Positions 1 to 11,894 of a stretch of DNA of 64,000 nt are shown piece after piece. Within the stretch, counting starts at the first letter, position 1. Each line of letters opens with the position of its first letter. This DNA comes from Pocillopora damicornis (lineage: Eukaryota), in assembly GCF_003704095.1 (NCBI RefSeq), contig NW_020846470.1, positions 248,001 to 312,000 of the forward strand, read 5' to 3'. The position numbers and the translations under genes were made by a program. Under the pieces are notes generated by a model, which made no database searches, had not been told where the DNA came from, and saw nothing but the letters and a program-made list of their open reading frames with translations.

Positions 1-1892
1 ATCTCCTTAGAAATTAAGCTAGAAAGTGAGGATCCTTTCTCTATTAAGATCTTGATTGAGTAGAAGAAAATCAATCTTAGAATTACCTGTGAGTCAATTC
101 TCAATGATAACATTATTGTTTCGAATGCTTAGCTTCGCCCCAAGAAACAAAATTTGATAAACGCATAAATAATGCACGATCTTTTTCGTGCAATTATGTT
201 TATGATTGGACGAAGATAAAACAGACCGCATGAAACAGGTGAAAAAAGAATGGATTTTCTAGAAAGAAAACCACACGAAATCAAAACGCGAATCAAAAGC
301 CGCTGTATTTTCAGGACAAAATTTTTCTGTGTGAAAAACGAGAAACGAGCTTGAGAAACAAAACCATCCTTACGGTTAACTGTAGGGATGTGTTCGAATC
401 AGTTCGTTACTCATTCCTGGCAGATTAGCATGATGTATTTCACATGCTGATTGAATATTTTTGTTCAATGTTATTTAATTTCAAGTATGAACTAAACGTT
501 CTAGAAATTCTCCCTTCTAGCTAACAAAATTTTCTTGGTAATTAAATACAAGAATTTGGTGTTAGACCAAGACAACAATTTCTACCTGATAAGTTTGAGT
601 ATTCTCGTTACCCGCTTGTTGGATTTATAATGTATGGATATTATAGAGAGAAGTTATAGGGTAATCACTTCGGGGTGATAAATGGTTAAAGGAGTATGTC
701 TGATTGTATCGTATGAACTTGAAGAACAGCGGTGTGATTAGGCCAGACCAACCTTTTCAAAATTTCGAGCGCTGATCACGCTTTAACTTATGCGCACAAG
801 GGATGTGCAATGTAATAAGAAGGACTGAGAATGAATATAAGGATGACTCCTGTCTAGACTAATGATATTAGACAACGAACATTACATGGATCAACAGATA
901 TATACTCAGGCAAATCAGTTCAACGTCACAAAGAATAAAAAAAATGGGATATATCCACTCGAAACTTCCGTGGTCAAATGGTTTTTAGAATAGTAATTTT
1001 CACTCCATTTATCATGTTTTTAGTTTCCACACATTGGATTAATTTCTCTTGACAAATAAGCAGTAAGTATAGGCGGTCAGCTGTTGAAATGCTGAAAAGA
1101 TTCAGTCAAACGTTTAGTGCAGTTGCTCACTAGGAACCAAAATTAGTTGAACACCCTCGGGAGAAGAAAAAAAGTTTCCGAAGTAGAAGTGTCTTCAAAG
1201 AGGACCTCCATTGACGTAAGAAAATAAAATAAGAATGCGATTTCCACAATTACTTTTAAGATGAATGGAATCTTCTGGATCACTGGTGGACCAAAGAAGT
1301 GCTATTTATTGTCTGATTTCTGCCGAGGAGCTGCAGGGTTTTTTTTTTATTTTCCTTCTTCCAAGTATCATGTGTTTACAGGTGAGGCAACCAACGTCTG
1401 CAATTCAATCTGCACACTCGCTCTCTAACCTCCTTACTTTATGTCAAAGTTTATTTATTTACTTTCACTGAATACAAAGAAAATAAGTAGAAACCATAGC
1501 GAGTGACGAAATGGCGTACTTGCGAAAGATACTGCATAAAGATTCGGCGAGAAACAATCCCACCAGAACAAGTTCGAAGGGGGTGAAAGCACAAATAACG
1601 GGGATGAAGATTTAAAGAACTCTTTTTCGTGTGGTTTCCCCTTCGGAAATCCGTTTTTCACTTATCATTACATCAAATCAGTGTTCAATTCGACGAAATA
1701 CAAGAGGAACATGCCTTAAATTACGACCACTTCGCTTTTTCGATACCTTCGTTTGGTCATAAAATAATAATTTAAAAGGGCGTGCATTTTACAATTCTTA
1801 CATTATTTAGTCTAATAAACAAGACCTTAGACAAACAGAGGAAAGAAGGTCTTTAAAGAGGCCTGTTTGATATGATACATCGTGTGAGTTAA

Positions 1893-4800
1893 TCAGTTTC
1901 CACAGCATTTCCACAATGCCACCGTACTCCATTCATTATTGCCAGCGGCCATAATGTGTACGCCTGACGCGGAAACTAAATTGAGTCAAATGATCTGTGA
2001 TTGGTAAGAGTAACAAGTCAAAGAACGAGCAGAACACTTTTAAGAGGACGTTGGTAATTCTTGTTTCCATAAGAGCGCTGGATCGTCCGAATTAATCATT
2101 TCGAAAATTGGTTGCGAATTGGAACGATCCAGGCGCTCATATGGAAGCAGGCATTGGATTTGTTCATCATTTCGTGGGTATTCGTATAACTTGGGAAAGA
2201 TAGGCTTAATTTTGTAAAGCAGTATCTTATTTTCTGTAAATTGAATGACATTCTCGTTAACTTAGTTTTCCTTAATGGGAGGCTAGGAAAACAGAACACA
2301 GGAGAGGCTTCAAAGTTGTGAAACGTGGTCAAAAAATGAGGAGACATCTATATGACGTGGTATATTAAGCTGCATTTAGACTGGCGGGGTTTGATCTCAA
2401 TGAATAACCAAAGATACGATTTTTCCGAGGGAAAAGGTTTGGGGAATTATGCTCTACTCGAATGTTATAAATGCTTTTTCATGCACTGCGTCGAGTATTA
2501 ATATGCTAAAACTACCAACCTCCCCACTTCTTTCCACTCGATGAAGTCGCGGACCAAAATGAACTGGACGTGGCAGTTACCATGTTCTCTGGTATCCCTG
2601 TGCTCATTATCAGGGATGTCTCGTTCTTTAAATTATAAAAGTACTGGGAGGAAATAACCTTCCAGGTCACACCGTCATTGGTGCTTCGGTGAAAGTTCAT
2701 TTTATGGTCTACTCCAAAGAGCGCTGCATTTGTAGGGTCGAAAGCAATGATACTGACGATGGATTCATCAAGACCTAGTAAATTACATATAAGGAGTTTT
2801 AGTTGGCTCAGTCAAAAAGCCACAATATTTTGCACCACTATTCAAACGATTGATTCTGCTCAATGAGTGCAACACTGACCCAACATTGAACATCTATTGT
2901 CTGGTTCGGAGAGCAAGTGTAATTTTATTTTTTACTCGGATCTCGATATTCCAAGGGACGAGTTCGAGAGAAACATTTTAACACGAGCATTCCCTGAATC
3001 ATGTTCCCTAGAAGGTCTGCATCTTTTTCTTTTTACTGCTGAATGGAAAAACGTTACAATTTTTGTGATTTCGCTCCTGACTTTGTTTGTCCACGAAAAA
3101 TTTCACCTCCGCCAAACCATGCTCTCATCACGTTTTCTCCATATAAAAAATAAAAGAAAAAGATAAACCAAATGGAACTGAGTTAAAAGTAACCAAGGCG
3201 AGGTGATCGCTAATTACTCAGTTATAGTCTAATTTATCAGTAATGAAGACCTTGAGTGTAACAAAAGGACTTCTTACACACCCATGGCTAAGTCGTTTAG
3301 TGACCGCCTGGCCTCTCTTGAATTGACAGGTACTCTGCCGGGGATTTTATATTTGACAAGAACATCAAAATTCAATGTTCCAGTGCGCTAACCGTTCCAG
3401 TGTGCTAACCATTGCTCTCCCTGATAGCTTAACATTACCTGTCCAATCCATTCCGTCACTCGAGAAGAAACAGCTGCTCTCTGATCTAGCAAACAAGAGA
3501 ATTAATTTGATAACTCATAGAATGAGAACTTCTTCAAAGAGATGTACTCTACCTATTGAAAATCACTTTTTACTCACTTTTGCTCAGTGTACATGCAGAC
3601 ATAAAACCGTCCGGAGTCTGGGTCCAACAGTACGGCCCTCCGAGAGTATTCGTGGACACCTGCCGATAAAAAACATGTTCGACTAAGGATTGTTTCTTTT
3701 AAGAATTGTGAATCCAGCAGGGTCTGAACAGTCAACTGATAACAGGTTAGGGTTAATGTTGTGCTAGGGGAGGGGTAGGTGGGCTGATAATTTGTATGTT
3801 GAAATTAGGGTGTGAAGGTTCACATACCCCCAAACGGAGGCAACGGTTCAGCCATGCAGCCATACAGCTCAGCTCGCATTACTTTAAGAACTGGAGCGCT
3901 GGTGGGAATGAAACGCACATAGCGCGCCGTGAATGGCTCAGATAATTTCACCAGAATCGGATTTTTAGCTTCTTGGCCATTTTTTGGACCATTCAGCTCC
4001 TGCAACAGAAAACGACGAGAATTAGATTGCATGCGGATGTTACATGGCCACACTGAGGTTCAAACTCTTTCCTCAGGTGCTGATGGTGTCTCTGACGAAA
4101 ATTGTCTCTGACGAAAATAGTCTCTGCGAACGCGTAAAGGGATATAGGACCCAGACAATATGTTATGTTGATTGAATACAACTTGAAAATCAGAATCAAG
4201 GACAAGAGTCGCCATAACACATTCGTCATATTTGGAACATCAGCAAAAAGGCCGAATTCCTGTCGTTTCCCTCTTCAGTGTGTTTTTATCCAGCGTTGTT
4301 AGGGACATGGTTATATTTTAAGTACGAGGGAGTTGCGCTCCTTAGTTTCGTTGTGGATTTATTTGTTTGGTTGATTGTTGTTGCTTTTATTCTGAAGCCG
4401 TCTATCAAGGTGGTCCGGTTTTCCATCTTCCTCAAATAAGAACAGTCTAATTCAGATCAGAATTTGAATAGCCACATACAATTCATTTCATTTCGGACCT
4501 ACACGCACACTTTTTAACTGCGAATATTCCCATTTCCAACCCTCTACTTACCAGAATTTTCTTACCCCCTAAAATGTGCGACTCCATTCTTGTAACTCTA
4601 TCGAAAATGTAACCCTATTGTGGTCAATCCAGTCGTGAAAATGCGAACCCATTCAGCGGTACATCCCCATTAGCCCATAACTAGGAAGTAAACCCCCTCC
4701 CCCCACGTGGGATTTTTTTGTCAACTGATTAGCTATATCGTGAGGATTAGAATCTTGAAAAATGAATTCGATAATTTGGTTCCCGTTTAAATTTGAAAGG

Positions 4801-7800
4801 TCGTTTTATCTTTCTATATCGTCTTTGTGAAAAGGAATCAGATCGTCAGAAATTTTCAACTTTACCTTAACGATTCCATTTTCTGGATAATCTAACCACT
4901 CAATACTGTTGTTACTGAACTTCAGCTGAAAACGTGTTACAAAGAACGAACTTGCCCCCTGCGTCGCCACTCGAGTCACCTTCCGCAATGAGCCAAAGTC
5001 GACCTGAAGGGGGGGGGAGAAGTGAATTGTTAACATACTCCTTGAAACTGCCAAGTGAAGTAAAACGAAATGTTTTGAGGAAAGGTAAAATTCTATGCCA
5101 GACATCGACATTTCACGACTGAGTTGTCATTGGCTTGTTGTGATATGCTCTTTTTACTGGTTAGCCGCTGCGATTTTCTATATTCAGTAGAACTAGGTGT
5201 GATTAGAATCTGATTTCTCCTTACAGTATCACCCCTGAGTTGCGCATAAAGGTCACGAGAATAAAGGAAATGATCAACCACTAAAGGAGCTCTTGATTGT
5301 TTAACGAATTCTCCTTGTCAGCACTTTAGAAAATGTATAGAGATCAGAATGGAGAATTTGCATACTGATTATAGTTTGTAAAGTGTGAAGCTTAATCAAA
5401 AGGCGCTCCCCTTATGCCTCACCCCTTTGTATGAGGGTCTCAATGGGGTGATGGCTTTTACGGCTATCGGTTAAAATTTTGGCCAATTTCCGGCTAACGG
5501 TTAACACCTTTCCATTGTTTCCACCAGACATATTTTTTACGGTTAACTTTTTTTACGACTAACGGTTAAAATTTGTCAATTTTTACTTCTAACGGCTAAA
5601 TATTTTGGCCGTTTTACGGCTAACGGTTAACCCCATTGAGACCCTCTTGTATCATGCCATTGCGTCATGTAGTCCGCCCAGCAGGAAATAGGTGTCAACA
5701 GCACAATATTTCTTGGACAAATGACATGTTTAGGTGATTTCCGATCTCACCATATAAACGTATAAAATGATCACAAAAAGCACAAGAACTGTTATGTTGT
5801 TATAGTCATTTCGATCTTCATTGCTAATTGATGGCTTTGGTATGTTTCTCATCTCAATCTACCCTAACATTGTAAAAACAGGTCTAGAATGCTAAACAAA
5901 CCCTGTTGTAATCTACTACACCTGTAGATAATCCAGTTGCCCCAGTGACGCTTGCCAGCCGTAGGGAAATCCAGGGACGTTCTTGTTCAGGCGAATATCA
6001 GTAGGATTTGACACTGTTTGGGAAGTGTCCACACTATGACTTACACCTTCATCTGGGATATACCCAGACTCCAAACCAAGGGGGTCGATGCAATTTTCTG
6101 TAAGAAAGGCAATGATAACGAGGTAGTGGGCTCTGCTGTTACATCAGGTCTTGCAGAATGCCGTTGGACCAAGAGAGTATCAAATTAGGAGACTACCAGA
6201 TCGTGGAAGCTTAAAACCTAATTCAGTATTGCCTGAACAAACTTACCAGGAGCGCCTTCAATGGGACAGCCGAACACTTCAAATCTCATGCAAACAAGCT
6301 TCTGCCAAGCAAGCGGCCTTATGCGGATGCTGTGCGCCTCAATTTCATTTTTCAGGTGGTGAGAAACTGAGGTGGAACTGTCGAAATTCCCAGGGAACTC
6401 CTAAATGGAAAACAATTCAAAGCATATCCATACTCAAAAAGAAAACGACTGATCTAGTTTTGTCGTTTATAATTGAGAGAGTAAAAAGAAAAACGTTCTT
6501 GTGGCTTTTAAAGTGGAGCTCTATACAGCCCTTTGCCCTGGCGTTCAAAGAGAGGATAATACCAGACAATGGATAAATCGCTTTCTAATGGATAAAAGTA
6601 AACAAAACGTATTGCAATTAACACTGGATAGAGAGCTATCCAGTTGTCAACCCTTGATAACTGAGAGTTATTAGCTTTGGTGAGAGAGTTACCAGCGCTA
6701 TCGATCCTTCGAACAACTGTGGCCTAAAGTTTTTTCGAATATTTCGACATCCATGCATAAGTTGATAACGATTTCATAACCACCAGATAAGTTCGTGAAT
6801 GAAATCAATCGAGTTCTAGGGGTATTTTGAATGAGTAAGCTCGAGTAAACTTTGCAAGGGACTTAAACAATCGCCCAAACCCATAAGGCCTGTACAATTT
6901 TCTAGCCTTTCAAAAAATTCCCAGGGGCTTATTTCGAATTAAACGAAACGTCATTTAAGAACTTGTTAATGTCATACATCCAAGTTAACTTTTGTAGCCT
7001 CGATTTCTACCCTCTGCGCTCCTTTGTCATATTTGAAGCACTCTGCGCAAATGGACATAATGAGATTTACCGATGTAAATGCACTTTACGCATACGTTGT
7101 CCTCTTAAAACTAAACGAAGACGAGTCTTTTCTAACCTTATCAAAGCCATTTTCCGTGTAATTATACCATTCCATATCGTTATTGCTGAACTGAATTAGA
7201 TATCTCTTGACCCAGTGCTGTTTCTGGCTTCTGCCGTATGTTTCAATTCGTGTCACGCGTGTCTTCTTGGTGAAATCAATCTGAATATATTGCTGGTCAT
7301 TTGTGATGAAGGCACACCACGCATCGTTGTCTCCGCCTAAACCCGAAAGAAAAGTGCATATAATTGAAACACATAATTTTCTCTCCAAATCTTACTTAGT
7401 CATTTGGTGCAAAAGACTTGATTATCCTTCGATGGACAATTGTCTAAAACGATGTTACTAGAAAAGAACACGATGTGATATCAATGATACTATTTCTAGC
7501 GATGCTTCAATACCACAACTCAGCGGTGATACATTCATCTTATACACCCTAACATCACCTAATATTCTCGCTCCCCATGTTATGGAAGAGCTGTTTAGTG
7601 GTGATCAACTCCTTTATTCTCGTAACTTTTATGTGTGAATTTAAGGGTGATATCTTAAAGAGAAATTAGATGCTTGTCACTCTTAGGGGTCAAAGGGCAA
7701 AAATCCGACTCGATATTGTATTTATTATAGCGGAGCTCGCAGAGCGTAGCCCCATAATTATACAAAATGGTAGTAGTAACCCATCAAGCCGAAAAAAAAT

Positions 7801-10800
7801 TTGGACATATGACCGTACGACCGTACGACCGTACAAGGTGCTTCTTTTAACATGCGTGGTCAACTGTACCGCGGGCACGCCAACGCCACGGCTTTTTCCA
7901 GTAGTCCAGTGGTCAGTGCACTGGGCTCCGAGTCGGACGACCCGGGTTCTAGTCCTGGCCGGGGAAAGGCGTTGTGCCCTTGAGACGTACGGGAAAAAAA
8001 TACGAGCTCCGCTTTTAGGCTTGGTTAAATCTATATATTACGCATGATGTAATACAGTAGGTAACAATGGTTTGGTCCGCATACCTGGCCTGGCTTTGTA
8101 GGGCTGCAGATATGAGTATGTAGAAGAGGCTGTCAGTTGATAATCTTTGATTTTACCTGACGCCATTCCTAAAGCGGATTCACACCCTGAAAGAAATTTG
8201 TTCTATTTTTATCCTATTTATCCGGTGTCAAAGAAATTTAGAAATATATTGGGTTTTTCACCGACACAACCTTAGCTGATGCTTACCTTTTTTAAAACAA
8301 ATATGTTCATTTGAATGCGAAATTTATTCTGGACTGCAATAGTTTTCTTAGCTACGCGTTGTGATTGGGTTAGAGAGCTCACCCCACACCTTCCCCCCCT
8401 TCGATCCGATACAAAGCTAAAACCAATGGCGACTCGGTCGTCTGCGTTTTTCCTCGCTTCAGACAGTTTGCTTCGTTTAACTCTTGAGTCTTTTTAACTA
8501 GGTTCTACCATTACTTTGAATAATTGTTGTGATATCTATGGTTTGGTTTTACGTAACTTATGTGAAACATAATTACAGGTGTTTCCCGATATCCTATCAA
8601 CAATTGATTTGTATTTTCCTGTAAAACACAATTTGGAAAAACTCTATTTAACCAGTATCTTTTTGCCTCATCATTATCAAAATTAATTCACTGATAGAAC
8701 AACAGCTGGGCTGGGTTGTTCAAAGCTGGGTTTATATAACCCAGGGTTAGTGTGAAATCGGATTTCAGCTCTGGAAGCCTTAAAGGAAAATTCAGGAGAA
8801 TTCTTTTTGTCAACAATTTGATGATTAGATGCTCCATATAGAGTAGAGGAAAATGATCCCAAAAAGGCTATCGAACAAAGAAGTATAGAAACCCAGATTA
8901 AAATTTAACCCTGGGTTAGCGCTAATCGGCTTTCGAAAAACTGGGCCCTGATGTCCAAATAAGGATACACAATATTGTCGTGATTTTGGTGAAATATTTT
9001 AAATCCATTCGCACCGGGTATATTGATCTCTATGGTAACTATTTGAGGGGGACTGGAGAAAGAGGCTCCTTTGGTTATCACGTGACCGTCGTCTGTGTAA
9101 TCCTTGTAGTATAGCAAGCCTACTGGGGTTACAATATGATGTCGTCCATTTTTTAGGGAGAAGTCGTTGTCAAATATCACAGTGAAGTTAATTTTGACTT
9201 CTTCCGCCCACAAAATTCGGTCAATCTGAAACAAGAACAGAGAACCCAAGGTGAAGTCTCAATTAAGTGTTTTAAGCTGAATTGGTAAAGTAGGCCTCTT
9301 TCGTTCTAAACTTTAACTCCATGGCCCATTTTGTACGATGACATCAATTTGAGAGTATCAAAATTCCCTGAGTGTTGTTACTTCCGCCTGAATATTACTG
9401 TTACGTCCCTAGGTCAGGATCAAGACCCGATTCCGAGATCTACCATATTAAGGTCTGTGCCCTCACACTGCCTTTTATGGAACTTTAGCCCATAGAAAGA
9501 CGAAATTATCTCTTGCCGTTACATCACTCGTTGAAAGATGTAACACACAAGAGCGAGTTGGGTCAAAACCACATGGCAGCTCAAAACTTACTTTTAAAGA
9601 TTGTTACGCGTCTAACTCAAGTGATTAACTAATGGTGAAGCTCTCTGTCAGCTTACCAAGAAGGTCACACTGTCATCTTTCTGCTGAACTTGAAGAGAGC
9701 CCATCATTAAAGAAGAGGCCACTTTTTTAAACTTGACAAATGGCGTCAGCATCCAGGTCACATGAACGCCACGTGCGTCTGACCGTGACTCAGCGGAGTG
9801 CTTTACTATGAAAGTATATCCATATTCAGATCTGGGGACCGAAACAAACTTCCGTTTCTGTTATGAATGCAAATTATTAAAAAAGAACTGCGGTTAACAA
9901 GAACGGCAGTGGTAGAGACAAAGCCACGAAGCTAACTCAGTGAAAGGCAGAGTTAATTTCAGAGATTATTTTGAATGAATTACAACAGTTCTACACCCTG
10001 ACAATATCACTCATGAATAACTATTGATTATTAATTGATTATTAAACAAATTTTCCGTGTTAGCATTTTAGGAAATGTACAGTGTGGAGAATATACATAC
10101 TGATGTTAGGGTGTAAACGGATAAAGGTTTTTCGATTTCATGGTGGGAATGACATAAGTTCCAGAAAACTTATAGACACACTAGGTACGTTTAAAGAGTA
10201 AATCATGATATGTAATTTTTGGGAAGTTATCGTCTGCCGTAACAAACGTCAAGGGTACTACGGATTGACTCAAGTCCAGACTCTTTCTTGCACTTCTCGG
10301 TTCATCAAAGAAGGGCGACCTAGGTACTTAGCTTTTAAATTAACCCTGTGTAACTCATCCACTTACCCGTGTTTCATGGCCATACTGTTGTTCAGGTTGT
10401 GACCGATGGTCATCTGTAGTGCAGGTTCAACCTAAAAACGAAGATACATAAATTTACTTCATGCTCATGGAATATAACTGAGTCAGATGTTAAAAAGCTT
10501 CACTGCCAAATTTATTTTTTCGCTCTACGGATCTTGCAGACTAGTACTTCGAAGGGATTTTAAGTTTGTCTGTTCGGTCAATCATCTTCATGGCGTCGCA
10601 TCTGTATGTACAAAACGCAACAGCGGAATTCTCCAGTCGGCCTCACACTGCAAGGCTCTTCTGACGTGACGTGGGAAAACTGGGCTGAGAATGATTCGAG
10701 AATGTCCCGAAAAAGAATTGTAGTAGAATGCATCCCTTAATGGTAATTATCATATGAACACCTCTCAAGGCATAAGGGATGTATGGGAGTTGAAAAAAAA

Positions 10801-11894
10801 AAGAGAAAGAATAACAAACAATGAAATAATATCAGCACAACAAGACTGGTTGACCCTTTGATCCGTAAGAGTGACTAGCATCTAATTTCTCCTTACAGTA
10901 TCACCCCTGAATCAAACATTATTGTCATGAGAATAAAGGAAATGATCACCAACCGAAAAGCTCTCGATTAATTAACAAATTCTCCTTGTCAGTACGGTAG
11001 GAAATGTCTAAAGAACGGTATAGGGAATATACATACCGATATCAGTGTGGAAAGGGTTAAGAGTACTCTAAAAATCATACAAGAAACACGCAAGCGACCT
11101 ACATTGTTTGACCTTCGTTGTATTCGATGATCCTCAGAACAAACTGCAACATAAAAATTTCATACAAGATATAAACAGCGGCGCGTGTAGTATACAGTGA
11201 AGGCTTTTGTACAAATCCGCAATTGTTAAAAAAAAATCGCGCTAAAATGCTGCTGTACGAAAGAATTTTAAGTTCCCTTCTTGTACTTTCTGTAGATTGA
11301 TGAGGCTGACATGAACGTAGACGGTTGATTAAAACAAGCTAGAGTATATTTGTAGAGGAAAGACTACATTCCTTGATTTATTATTCACCTTCAGTCTGTC
11401 ATAACATGCAAGTGTGTGTATAGACAAACTGAGGCTTTCGTTCTTAAATTATTCGTCACAACTAAAACAATAACGGCACAAAGGAGAGAAACGTAGAATT
11501 GAATGTGGAAAGTAATATTTACTTGCCACACAAGAACGTGATCAAATGCATGGTCCATCGAAGAAGGCGCGCAGTTACTAGTGACTACTATTCCAAAAAT
11601 TGCCGAAAAAAATAAAGATATGGGTTTCTTTTCACTATTTTATACGATTAAGGCTCATGAAAATTAATAAAGTATCGATTTTGAAGCGCGTTCATCATGT
11701 TGAAACTCGGTGATCACCCTTTTTCACTTTTGAACCTGCCTTGTTATCACACTTGGGTGTTTCCAGTGAAAATCTTCTAAACTTACATGGAGCTTTTTGT
11801 ATATGTTACTAAATGCCTTTAAAGAGTCACATTTACCTGAGTGAAAAAGATTTAGCCAAAAGAAAATAAAACAAATTGCTTTAGCTTCTTTCAT
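1893..11894 (-). CDS. Secreted double F5/8 type C (discoidin) domain protein with N-terminal DUF11/Ig-like and C-terminal Asp-box domain, paralog A (15 exons, ~652 aa)
   Basis: Phase-consistent GT-AG exons: 11837-11894, 11103-11143, 10367-10431, 9657-9831, 9015-9225, 8085-8186, 7137-7336, 6247-6400, 5922-6097, 4866-5003, 3828-3999, 3578-3659, 3439-3485, 2520-2774, 1893-1975 (1959 nt). Signal peptide MKEAKAICFIFFWLNLFHS. Discoidin motifs GCESALGMASG..DAWCA..YIQIDF..MRFEVFGC and CIDPLGLESG..YLQVDFG..ARYVRFIP..MRAELYGC. Ends WKCCGN*. The first two exons are the least certain. Confidence 0.85.
5433..5646. mobile_element. MITE with perfect 16-bp TIRs and 6-bp TSD
   Basis: GAGGGTCTCAATGGGG ... CCCCATTGAGACCCTC is flanked by TTGTAT at 5427-5432 and 5647-5652. 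Internal repeats of TACGGCTAACGGTTAA. Confidence 0.85.
7712..8040 (+). mobile_element. Non-autonomous element with subterminal inverted repeats (Helentron/HINE-like) carrying a tRNA-derived SINE head
   Basis: AGCGGAGCTCG (~7728) and CGAGCTCCGCT (~8003) form an inverted pair. Internal (GACCGTAC)3. Pol III A-box TAGTCCAGTGG and B-box GGTTCTAGTCC at ~7900-7955. Confidence 0.55.
8705..8950. mobile_element. MITE with degenerate TIRs and AACCC(A/T)GGGTT palindromes
   Basis: GGGCTGGGTTGTTCAAAGC ... GCTTTCGAAAAACTGGGCCC ends. It accounts for the non-homologous tail of ORF 8905-9249. An element with similar ends lies at ~6527-6725. Confidence 0.6.
10850..11060. mobile_element. TTAA-flanked ~210-bp MITE (piggyBac-like ends), family A
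   Basis: TTGACCCTTT...AAAGGGTTAA ends. Related copies at ~5200-5390, 7540-7695, 10040-10125, 55390-55602 (reverse) and 57230-57380. Confidence 0.75.

Noticed and set aside
87-113. ATG...CAG|gtaatt mini-exon as the start of a third paralog leaving the window
   Set aside because: It has only nine codons, is not signal-peptide-like and is phase 0, unlike the paralogs' first exons. It cannot be supported.
11523-11590. Alternative first coding exon for paralog A
   Set aside because: The GT donor gives the wrong phase and would need a GC donor. Exon 11837-11894 gives a better start context, a signal peptide and a phase-1 GT donor.
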